This document shows, one piece after another, positions 1 through 9,488 of a DNA stretch of 64,000 nucleotides. Source of the stretch: Fimicolochytrium jonesii. Its lineage: Eukaryota. The stretch covers positions 1 through 64,000 of the forward strand of contig NW_026515682.1 of assembly GCF_025526975.1 (NCBI RefSeq), written 5' to 3'. The notes beneath the pieces were generated by a model. It was not told the DNA's origin, did no database searches, and saw only the letters and a list, made by a program, of their open reading frames with translations. The position numbers and the translations under genes are program-made. Position 1 is the first letter of the stretch. Each line of letters starts with the position of its first letter.

Positions 1-8
1 ACTCCTTT

Positions 9-152
9 TGTTATGATCTCGACGACGGAGGCGGAAGCGAAGTAGAGAAGACAGGGCGAGAGTGATAGGCGACAAGAGATTGTATTGGCGAAACAAGAAA
101 CAAGGACTAGAACAGGAGATAAAAGGAACTGGTGTTGATCTGCTGGGGAGGA
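9..152 (-). repeat. Distal (R-U5) part of the 3' LTR of element B, split off by insertion of A
   Basis: Reverse complement matches about 8742-8885. Joins 6095-6494 across the GAGGA TSD. Confidence 0.93.
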
Positions 153-683
153 TGTTATGGACGACGCGTCCATACCATGCGCTTACCTCATGACAGCATC
201 CCAACAGTCAGTCAATGTCAATTCCCTGTCAAAACCTGACATCTGCCAAACCTCGCAGCCGCACGCAGCCGCGCTACCCCACACCTGCCACTGCCTTCAT
301 TTCTCCACGCAGCCGCACGTAGCCACACCTCCCAACACTCGGCGCTTACAAACCCTTCTCCATACTTCCCCACGTACCCGCCCACAGCCTCAGCGTAGCC
401 ACCCCATCCCCAGTCTTCTGTTTCTATGCTTCCCCACCCTTGGCGCTTCTCTTGGCTTCCCTCTCATTCCGTACCCTTCTGCTTCCCCACGCTTCCCCAG
501 CCTTCCCAGAAAAACATAAATAGCCGCCTCCCCTGAGCTCCCCACTTCCTGATCCCCCAGCAGATCAACACCAGTTTCTTCCTAGTCTTGTTCTAGTTCT
601 TGTTTCGGTCTGAATACCATTACCTGTCAACAACCTGCACCACAAGTCGCCTCTATTTCCATCGGCTCCGCCCATTCATAACA
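153..683 (+). repeat. 5' LTR of element A (531 bp)
   Basis: TGTTATG...CATAACA terminal inverted ends. Near-identical to 5500-6094. TATA-like CATAAATA at 515-522. Confidence 0.96.
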
Positions 684-685
684 GT

Positions 686-695
686 TTGATCTGCT
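686..695 (+). promoter_or_regulatory. Self-priming primer-binding site of element A
   Basis: TTGATCTGCT, 2 nt after the 5' LTR, is the exact reverse complement of LTR bases 559-568 (AGCAGATCAA). There is no TGG-type tRNA PBS. Confidence 0.8.
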
Positions 696-734
696 CAACA
701 ACCCCCAGCCGCTGTACCTCCACGCCAAATCACC

Positions 735-1661
735 ATGTCCGACGCCCTTCCCCTCACGGCTGAAGCCTGGCAAGCCATGTGCAATGCGATTGACGAACTT
801 CGAGCGCAGAATACCACCCTACAAGCCGAACTAGCGCAAACCCAGACCACTGCCCCTGCCACCCACGCCCCCGAACCCAAGATCAGTCTCCCAGACAAAT
901 TTGATGGCACCCGAAGCAAGTTCCGTGGGTTCCTCAACCAAATCCGGCTCATGTTCGCCCTCCAACCCAGGCGCTACCCCAACGATCAGACCAAGATACG
1001 AACTATTGGCACCTACCTCACTGGCACCGCCCAGGCCTGGCTGGCGCCCCTTGTCGAACAAGACCATCATTCCCTTACGAACCTGGATGATTTCATCCAG
1101 CAAATGCAAGCAGTCTTTGGAGACAGCGACAGGATCCGCACGTCCGAAAACAAGCTCCAGAACCTTCGACAAACCCGCGCAGCAACAGAGTATGTAGCTG
1201 AATTCCGACAGCTGCAATGCGATGTGTCGTGGAATGACCAGGCATTGATTGCCACCTTCCGTCGCGGCCTCAAAGAAGACGTCAAGGACTTAATGCTCAC
1301 GATGCCCCCTACCGCCTCAATCGACACCGTGATGGAACAGGCCATCCAATGTGACAACCGATTGTTTGAGCGCCGTCTAGAGCGAAGCAGGAACCGACAG
1401 CCATATGTGCCAGTTACCACTAGCCCCACCCTCATGAGCCCCGACAACCGCCCAGACGACCCTATGATCATTGACGCTGCTCGTCCGCGAGGACCCCTCA
1501 CACCGCTAGAGCGCCAACACCGCATCACAAACAAACTTTGCCTCTACTGTGGTAAACCCGGCCACATAGCCAAACTCTGCCCGAACAAGATACGCACGGC
1601 GAATGTCGCGGTTAAGGAACCTGCACCCATCCAGGATTTTGCCCAAGTCCAGCTGCAGTAA
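735..1661 (+). CDS. gag: Gag (sushi/PEG10-like capsid domain, CCHC zinc knuckle), intact
   Basis: 308 aa. Motifs [33 protein letters not shown] and [14 protein letters not shown]. Confidence 0.93.
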   Translation: MSDALPLTAEAWQAMCNAIDELRAQNTTLQAELAQTQTTAPATHAPEPKISLPDKFDGTRSKFRGFLNQIRLMFALQPRRYPNDQTKIRTIGTYLTGTAQAWLAPLVEQDHHSLTNLDDFIQQMQAVFGDSDRIRTSENKLQNLRQTRAATEYVAEFRQLQCDVSWNDQALIATFRRGLKEDVKDLMLTMPPTASIDTVMEQAIQCDNRLFERRLERSRNRQPYVPVTTSPTLMSPDNRPDDPMIIDAARPRGPLTPLERQHRITNKLCLYCGKPGHIAKLCPNKIRTANVAVKEPAPIQDFAQVQLQ

Positions 1662-4600
1662 AGGCCGAGCAGCTGGGCAACACCTGTCCTGGGCCTTCTC
1701 ACCACGCAAGTACCGCCAAGGGAGAAGCCACAAAACCTTGCTCCGATCCTGGCATCTCCAGCAACACCCTTCTCCTGACCACCAACAATGTCAATCTCCT
1801 ATCTGAGATACCCCCACCCATGCGGACTTTGGGCCCATCCTCACCATTCGAGTACCCTGTTTCCCTGCAGATATTGGCCCAGCGAGCTCCAGTTCAGCTT
1901 TCAGCACTACTCGACACCGGTGCGATGTCGTGCTTCATCGACGAAAGTTATGCCCGCAAGCACCGCATCCCACTTGTCAAGAAGGAGGACCCCATTGCGC
2001 TTGAACTGGTTGACGGACGTCCCAGCCATGCGGGCTCCATTACCCATCACACCCAACCTTTGGGCATGTGGGTCAACGACCATTTTGAGGAGGTGGTATT
2101 CCATGTGACATGTTCCCCGCATGCGCCAATCATCCTGGGGCTTCCCTGGTTTGAGCTCCATGATGTGGAGCTACATTGGAAGACTCGCACTCTTTGCGTC
2201 CGCTGCCATTGCGGTTTTGGACAATACGCCTCCTGGGATGCCCTGCCAACAGAACCTAGCCCGAAGCCCTCAAGAACCCCTGAACCTCTGATCCGTATCC
2301 ATCAAGACGAGATTTCAGTCTCCCTAGCCCAGACACCCAACACACTGGACCCAGCACCCACACCGATCCACGTATCGTTTATCAGCGCCCCAGCTTTCCG
2401 TGTGGCGGCAAGGCATGACCAGGCATTCATTGCCTACGCCAATCCGACCAAGTCAGATTCCCAAGCCCTGGCGACCACTCCTCCAAAAGATCCGAAGGCC
2501 ATCATTCCTGAAGAATACCAAGATTTTGCGGACGTCTTCGCCAAGAAGAACGCGGATACCCTCCCAGAGCACCGACCCTACGACTGTCTCATCGACTTAG
2601 AAGAAGGCAAACAGCCACCGTTCGGCCCGATCTATAGTCTCAGCGAGCCTGAAATGCAGGCACTCTGTGACTACCTTGAAGAGAACCTAGCTAAGGGGTT
2701 CATCAAGCACTCCAAGTCTCCCGCCGGTGCCCCAGTCCTCTTTGTCAAGAAAAAGGACGGTTCCCTCCGTCTGTGCGTCGACTATCGTGGACTCAATAAT
2801 ATCACCATCAAGAATCGCTATCCCTTGCCCTTGATTAACAGCATCATGGATCGTCTTCGAGGGGCACGCCGGCTCACCAAGATTGACCTCCGGGGAGCCT
2901 ACAACCTTCTTCGGATCCGGCCAGGGGATGAATGGAAGACAGCGTTCCGATGTCGCTACGGCCTATTCGAGTATAATGTCATGCCGTTTGGGCTCACCAA
3001 TGCCCCTGGAGTATTCCAACACCTCATGAACGACATATTCCGTGACATTCTCGACGTTTTTGTTGTGGTCTACCTTGACGACATTCTGATCTTCTCAAAA
3101 AACCCAGAAGACCACCCCAACCACGTCCGAGAGGTGCTCTCACGACTCCGCCAGCACGGGCTGTATGCGAAACCGGAAAAATGCGAATTCAACCGTGACT
3201 CTGTTGAGTTCCTGGGGTTTATCATCTCCAGCAAGGCATTTCCATGGACCCAAAGAAGACGGCTGCCATTACCGAATGGGAACCCCCAACGAATGTCAAA
3301 GGCATCCAGCGCTTCCTTGGTTTCGCCAACTTCTACCGGCGATTCATCAAAGGGTACTCTGCGATCGTTGCACCCCTGACCACGCTCACTCGCAAAGACT
3401 TGCCCTTCAAATGGACCCACGCTGCACACCTAGCTTTTGAAACCCTCAAGAAAGCCTTCACCTCTGCACCTATCCTGACTCACCCCGACCCTGACAAGCC
3501 CTTCATTGTCGAATCCGATGCCTCCGACTTTGCCCTTGGCGCCGTCCTCCTTCAACCCGATGACACAGATCAACTCCACCCCGTGGCCTTTCACTCCCGC
3601 ACATTTACTCCTGAGGAAATCAACTATGAGATCTACGACAAGGAACTCCTGGCTATCCAAGACTCCTTGCTCAATGGCGACACCACCTCATTGGTGCCCG
3701 CCACAAGGTCATCGTTTACTGTGACCACAAGAACCTCCAGTACTTCATGACTACCCGTACCCTCAACCGCCGCCAATCCCGCTGGTCAATCTTCTTTGCT
3801 GATTTCGACTTTGTCATCACATACCGCCCTGGTACCCAGCAACACCAAGCTGACGCCCTCTCTCGTCGCTCTGAATACGAGCTAAGGGAGGGGGAAGAAG
3901 CATTCCGCTCCCAGGAAACCACGATCCTCACCCCTGACCATCTCCGCCTGGCCGCCACTTATCTGACCCCACTGGACTCCTCGCTCCTTGACCAAATCAA
4001 AGCTGCCCTGGCATCCGATGTGTTTGCGCAAACCATCCGGCGACAGCTTAGGGCCCCCATTGCCCAGCAATCTCAAGAAGACCAAGAACGGATAAAGCGA
4101 TTCTCCGAGGAAAATGGGGTTCTGCTGTACGACAACCTTGTCTACGTCCCCACCAACAAGCTCCGTGCTGAGATCTGCCGGGACATGCATGACACGCGTT
4201 TGGCAGGACACTACGGCATGTCAAAGACCCTGGAGCTCATCTCACGCAACTACTGGTGGCCTAGCCAGTGGCGTTTTGTCAAGTCCTACATCAGGTCCTG
4301 CGACGTATGTGCTCAAGCCAAGACCAGCAGACACAAGCCCTACGGTCTCCTCCAACCCCTGCAGGTCCCTGACCGCCCCTGGGGGTCAATTTCCATTGGA
4401 CCCAAAGACAGATCTACCCGCCAGTGATGGGGTTGATTCTGTGCTCGTTGTCATCTGCCGGTTCACCAAGATGGCGCACTTTGTACCGTGCAGGAAAACT
4501 GCCACCGCTGAGTCAACTGCAGATCTGATCTGGCACCATGTCATCCGGCTCCATGGACTCCCCGACGATATTGTATCTGACCGTGGCCCACAGTTCAACT

Positions 4601-5487
4601 CCCACTTCTGGAAACGTCTCTTCGCTCTCCTGGGAACCAAGGTCAACCTCTCATCGGCGTTCCATCCCCAGAGCGATGGACAAACCGAGCGGACCAATCA
4701 GATTCTTGAGCAATACCTTCGCTGCTTTTGCAACTATCAACAAGATAACTGGAAGGAACTCTTGTCTTCTGCTGAGTTCTCTTACAATAACACCATCCAC
4801 TCCGCCACCCAGACAACCCCCTTCTACGCCAACTATGGGTTCCATCCTCGATTCAGTCTGGCTTCCGCCACCACAACCGAATCCCTTAATCCTGCAGCCG
4901 AAGCTCGTGCCAACCATCTCAAGGAAATCCATGAACAGCTTGCCACTGAGCTCAAGGAGGCCCAAGGACGCATGAAGCGCTTTGCCGATGCTAAGAGGGC
5001 ACCTGGCCCAGACATGAAACCCGGGGACAGTGTCTGGCTCTTACAGCGGAATCTCAAGACTCTCCGACCTTCCCAGAAACTTGATCACCGTAAGATTGGC
5101 CCCTTCACAATCACGGAGAAGATCAACTCGGTCACATATCGCCTCAAGCTTCCCCCATCCTACAAAATTCACAACGTCTTCCATGTCTCCCTTCTTGAAC
5201 CACGTTTCACCATTCCGGAGCGAACTTAGCCAGAACCCACCCCACCAGAAGAAGTCGAAGGACAGGAGGAATGGATTGTGGAAGACATTCTTGACTCCCG
5301 TATTCGACGCACGCACCTTCAGTACCTCATCAAGTGGCAGGGTTGGCCAAGCTCGGAGAACACATGGGAGCCAGTGGAACACCTTGCCCGATGTCAAGAG
5401 CTTGTTGCCCAGTTCCACCAAAAGTACCCCAACAAACCCCGACCAAAGCCTGCCAACATCAAAACAACATCCGGACGCCGTGGCTAA
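1616..5487 (+). pseudogene. pol: Pol of element A (PR, RT, RNase H, integrase, chromodomain) with 3 frameshifts and 1 in-frame stop
   Basis: Motifs LLDTGA (PR), YLDDILI (RT), ESDASDFALGAVL (RNase H), H..H..C..C, SDRGPQF, GQTERTN, GPF (IN) and LQYLIKWQGWPSSENTWEP (chromodomain). Breaks at about 3235, 3667 and 4396, and TAG at 5227-5229. Confidence 0.92.
1634..1697 (+). promoter_or_regulatory. Candidate -1 programmed ribosomal frameshift signal (slippery heptamer plus pseudoknot)
   Basis: G GAT TTT in gag phase at 1634-1640. Stem 1649-1656/1669-1676. Loop bases 1661-1666 pair with 1692-1697. The pol frame is -1 and open from 1616. Confidence 0.75.
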
Positions 5488-5496
5488 AGGAGGGGG
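5486..5496 (+). promoter_or_regulatory. Polypurine tract of element A
   Basis: AAAGGAGGGGG, 3 nt before the 3' LTR. Element B has the equivalent AAAGAGAGGGG at 6508-6498 on the minus strand. Confidence 0.9.
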
Positions 5497-5499
5497 TGA

Positions 5500-6094
5500 T
5501 GTTATGGACGACGCGTCCATACCATGCGCTTACCTCATGACAGCATCCCAACAGTCAGTCAATGTCAATTCCCTGTCAAAACCTGACATCTGCCAAACCT
5601 CGCAGCCGCACGCAGCCGCGCTACCCCACACCTGCCACTGCCTTCATTTCTCCACGCAGCCGCACGTAGCCACACCTCCCAACACTCGGCGCTTACAAAC
5701 CCTTCTCCATACTTCCCCACGTACCCGCCCACAGCCTCAGCGTAGCCACCCCATCCCCAGTCTTCTGTTTCCATACTTCCCCACGTACCCGCCCACAGCC
5801 TCAGCGTAGCCACCCCATCCCCAGTCTTCTGTTTCTATGCTTCCCCACCCTTGGCGCTTCTCTTGGCTTCCCTCTCATTCCGTACACTTCTGCTTCCCCA
5901 CGCTTCCCCAGCCTTCCCAGAAAAACATAAATAGCCGCCTCCCCTCAGCTCCCCACTTCCTGATCCCCCAGCAGATCAACACCAGTTTCTTCCTAGTCTT
6001 GTTCTAGTTCTTGTTTCGGTCTGAATACCATTACCTGTCAACAACCTGCACCACAAGTCGCCTCTATTTCCATCGACTCCGCCCATTCATAACA
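5500..6094 (+). repeat. 3' LTR of element A (595 bp, with a 64-bp tandem duplication)
   Basis: Matches the 5' LTR except 3 substitutions seen by eye and the duplicated unit 5706-5769/5770-5833. Confidence 0.96.
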
Positions 6095-6494
6095 GAGGAA
6101 GGGAATGGACGAAGAGAGGCCGGCTATTTATAGATAGGCAACCCAGCAGATCAGAGAACAACAACAACAAGAGGGGACTGGGGGGGCGCCAGCTATGCTC
6201 CTAGAGCGTGCGTGGCGAGCGTAGAGAGCATTGCTACAGCTGCTGGCTATGGGGAAGTAGTGGGGGGTGTGGAGAAGCCGAGGGGGGATTGGTGAAATGA
6301 GAGGAGAGAGGAGGAGTGGCGATATTGCGGGAGGATTGGCGAAATGAGATGAGAGAGGGGGAGTGGCATTGACATTGACATTGACACTGACATTGACACT
6401 GACATTGACATTGACATTGGCGTTTGACATTTGGCGGTTGACATTGGCGGCTGTCAGTAGGTAAGCTTATGGTATGGGCGCGTCGTCCATAACA
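6095..6494 (-). repeat. Proximal (U3) part of the 3' LTR of element B
   Basis: Begins TGTTATGGACGACG on the minus strand, 3 nt after the PPT. Matches 8349 to about 8746. TATAAATA at 6132-6125. Confidence 0.93.
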
Positions 6495-6506
6495 TCACCC
6501 CTCTCT

Positions 6507-8348
6507 TTAGCGGTGGCGGCGGCGGCGTCGAGTTTGGTGTGGCCGCAGAGGAGGTGCTACGGGGACAGAGGAAGGCTTGTTGGGGTACGCGTTGTGGAAG
6601 TCCTGGAGGAGTGCGTCGGTATGGGTGAGGTGTTCCACGGGCTCCCAGGTGTTCTCAGAGTCAGGGCAGCCCTGCCATTTGACCAAGTACTGAAGGCGAC
6701 GACGATGGATGCGAGAGTCAAGGATGGCTTTGACAACCCACTCTTCTTGACCCTCAATGGTCTCTGGGGGCGCGGGTTCGGGTTCGTGTCGTTCGGGGAT
6801 GGTGAAGCGGGGTTCGAGGAGCGAGACATGGAAGACATTGTGGATTTTGTACGTAGGCGGGAGCTTGAGCCGGTAGGCGACGGGATTGATTTTTTCAACG
6901 ATGGGGAATGGCCCAATCTTGCGATGGTCGAGTTTCTGAGAGGGCCGGGTTGTCTGGAGGTTTTTGCGGAGGAGCCAGACGTGGTCGCCAGGCTTGAAGT
7001 CCGGTCCAGGAATTCGTTTGGCGTCAGCGTAGCGCTTCATTTGATCTTGGGCTTCCTTGAGCTCGAGGGCGAGCTGTTCATGGACTTCCCTGATTTGTTT
7101 AGCGCGGGCTTCAGCGGCGGAGTTGACGGATTCGGAGGTAGCAGAAGCCGCGAAACTGAAGCGGGGGTGGAGACCCTTGTTGGCGTAGAAGGGGGTGGTC
7201 TGGGAGGCGGACTGATGGGTGTTGTTGTAGGCGAACTCGGCGGACGACAGAAACTGTTTCCAGTTGTCCTGTTGGTGGTTGCAAAAGCATCGGAGATACT
7301 GCTCCAGGATCTGGTTGGTGCGTTCCGTCTGGCCATCGCTCTGGGAGTGGAAGGCCGAGGAGAGGTTGGCTTTTGCCCCAAGGAGTTCGAGAAGTCGACG
7401 CCAGAACCGGGACTTAAACTGGAGTCCTCGGTCAGAGATGACGTTGTCGGGGAGGCCGTGGAGACGGATGATGTTGTGGAAGCCTAGGTCGGCGGTGAAT
7501 TCGGCGGATTCTGACTCGCTGCAGGCGATGAAGTGGGCCATCTTGGTGAGGCGACAGTTGACGTTCAGGATGGAGTCGTACCCGTCCACAGGAGGCAGAC
7601 CGGTGATAAAGTCCAGGGACCAAGATCCCCAAGGGCGGGTAGGGATACTGTTGGGCTGGATTAGGTCGTATGGTTTGTGTCGACTGGATTTCGCTTGGCT
7701 ACAGGTATCGCAGGACTTGACGTAGGCCTTGACAAAGCGCCACTGGCTGGGCCACCAGTAGTTGCGGGAGGCGAGTTCGAGCGTCTTGGACATCCCAAAG
7801 TGGCCGGCTAGGGATGTATCGTGCATGTCGTGGCAGACTTCAGCTCGGAGCTCGTTGGTGGGGGACATAGACCAGGTTATCGTGCAGCAGGATCCCATCT
7901 TCATCTGAGAACCGCTTGATACGATCTTGGGTTTCCTCAGTTCGTTGGGCGAGGGGTATCTTGAGCTTTTCGCGAATGGTCTTAGCGAGGGGATCAGAGG
8001 CCTGGGCGGCCTTAATCTTGTCAAGCAGCGTGGTATCCATGGGTGTGAGGTAGGCAGCCGCGAGTCGAAGGCGTTCGGGAGTCAAAATTGTGGTTGCCTG
8101 GGAGCGGAACGCTTCTTCCCTCTCTTTTAGCTCATGTTCGGAGCGTCGGGAGAGGGCATTGGCTTGGTGCTGCTGGGAACCGGGGCGATAGGTAATGACA
8201 AAGTCAAAATCTGAGAAGAATATCGACCAGCGGGCTTGGCGGCGGTTCAGGGTGCGGGTGGTCATGAAGTACTGAAGGTTTTTATCGTCGGAGTAAACGG
8301 TGATCTTGTGACGGGCGCCAATGAGATGGTGTCGCCACTGGGCAAAAG
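6507..8348 (-). pseudogene. pol: Pol fragment of element B
   Basis: ORFs 7840-8265 and 6507-8024 are joined by a frameshift in the G5 run at 7860-7864. Motifs SLDFITGLP, SDRGLQF, GQTERTN and chromodomain. Confidence 0.9.
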
Positions 8349-8885
8349 TGTTATGGACGACGCGCCCATACCATAAGCTTACCTACTGACAGCCGCCAAT
8401 GTCAACCGCCAAACGTCAAACGCCAATGTCAATGTCAATGTCAGTGTCAATGTCAGTGTCAATGTCAATGTCAATGCCACTCCCCCTCTCTCCTCTCATT
8501 TCGCCAATCCTCTTGCAATATCGCCACTCCTCCTCTCTCCTCTCATTTTGCCAATCCCCCCTCGGCTTCTCCACACCCCCCACTACTTCCCCATAGCCAG
8601 CAGCTGTAGCAATGCTCTCTACGCTCGCCACGCACGTTCTAGGAGCATAGCTGGCGCCCCCTCAGTCCCCTCTTGTTGTTGTTGTTCTCTGATGCTGGGT
8701 TGCCTATCTATAAATAGCCGGCCTCTCTTCATCCATTCCCTTCCTCCCCAGCAGATCAACACCAGTTCTTCTCATCTCCTGTTCTAGTCCTTGTTTCTTG
8801 TTTCGCCAATACAATCTCTTGTCGCCTATCACACTCGCCCTGTCTTCTCTACTTTGCTTCCGCCCCCGTCGTCGAGATCATAACA
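8349..8885 (+). mobile_element. Lone B-family LTR (537 bp), inverted relative to element B
   Basis: TG...CA ends. About 97% identical by eye to the reconstructed B 3' LTR. Flanks AAAAG and GTTTC are not a TSD. Confidence 0.92.
8424..8476 (+). repeat. (CAATGT/CAGTGT) x about 9 hexamer array in U3 of the B LTR (inverted copy at 6367-6419)
   Basis: Read directly from the sequence. Confidence 0.9.
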
Positions 8886-9488
8886 GTTTCCTCACAAAAC
8901 CCTCTTTTTTGAGCAGCCATACCATCCCACAGACATGCAGGACAACCTATTCCATTTGCATACGGCTCCAGTTGCCTACTTTGGCCAATCCCCTCTAAGT
9001 GTCTGTGGGGGTAGATGTTGCAACAAACTTAACACAGAGGCCCAAAAGTCTGAGTAGTAAAACTGTCTTTCGTTGGCCATTTTTGGGTAAAACTTGCCAG
9101 TTAGAGGTGTCAAACCCTGAACCAGTGCTTTCTTCACCAAACTGCCTAATCAATCTTTCTGCTAGCATGTCTGGCTGTCAAGATACTGCTCAACATGTGC
9201 AGCAACTTTGGGTCTGCGAAAACCTCGTTAAGTCCAAAAGTCGTCAAAAAGCTGTCAGTGGCTTAGCCAGGGTGGACCTGAGCTGTACGTAGTAAGACCA
9301 CCGCGCGCGTCACTGCCGTTTTCGCTGCCCACGGTAATCGACAGAATTCAACGGCCGTCCTCCGTTGGAAAAAGTGGGGCACTTGGGGATGTGGACGAAA
9401 AGCTCCCAATCTTGAGTCTTGACTGTTGACTCGTCTCCTCCTCCCCCTATCTCGCCTCCGTACGTGGGTCGACTGAGCAGCACACCCA

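Larger units (their letters stand above)
153..6094 (+). mobile_element. Ty3/gypsy chromovirus LTR retrotransposon, element A (structurally complete, pol disrupted)
   Basis: Direct LTRs with TG...CA ends (153-683, 5500-6094). 5-bp TSD GAGGA at 148-152 and 6095-6099. Domain order gag, PR-RT-RNaseH-IN-chromodomain. PPT just before the 3' LTR. Confidence 0.97.
6095..8348 (-). mobile_element. 5'-truncated chromovirus element B (RNase H end, integrase, chromodomain, PPT, 3' LTR)
   Basis: Protein is colinear with and clearly similar to element A pol. Ends abruptly at the LTR starting at 8349. Confidence 0.93.

Noticed and set aside
157..519. ORFs inside the LTRs (157-519, 5030-5809, 6128-6444, 8399-8787)
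   Set aside because: They are translations of low-complexity LTR DNA and hexamer repeats, and they differ between copies.
684..700. tRNA-type primer-binding site
   Set aside because: There is no TGG start complementary to tRNA CCA; self-complementarity explains the site better.
6474..7487. 337-aa + strand ORF
   Set aside because: It is the antisense shadow of the B integrase, caused by codon bias.
4..8890. DIRS-like or TIR element bounded by the inverted B LTRs
   Set aside because: The contents are ordinary gypsy integrase elements with a PPT. There is no tyrosine recombinase or transposase, and no TSD around the unit.
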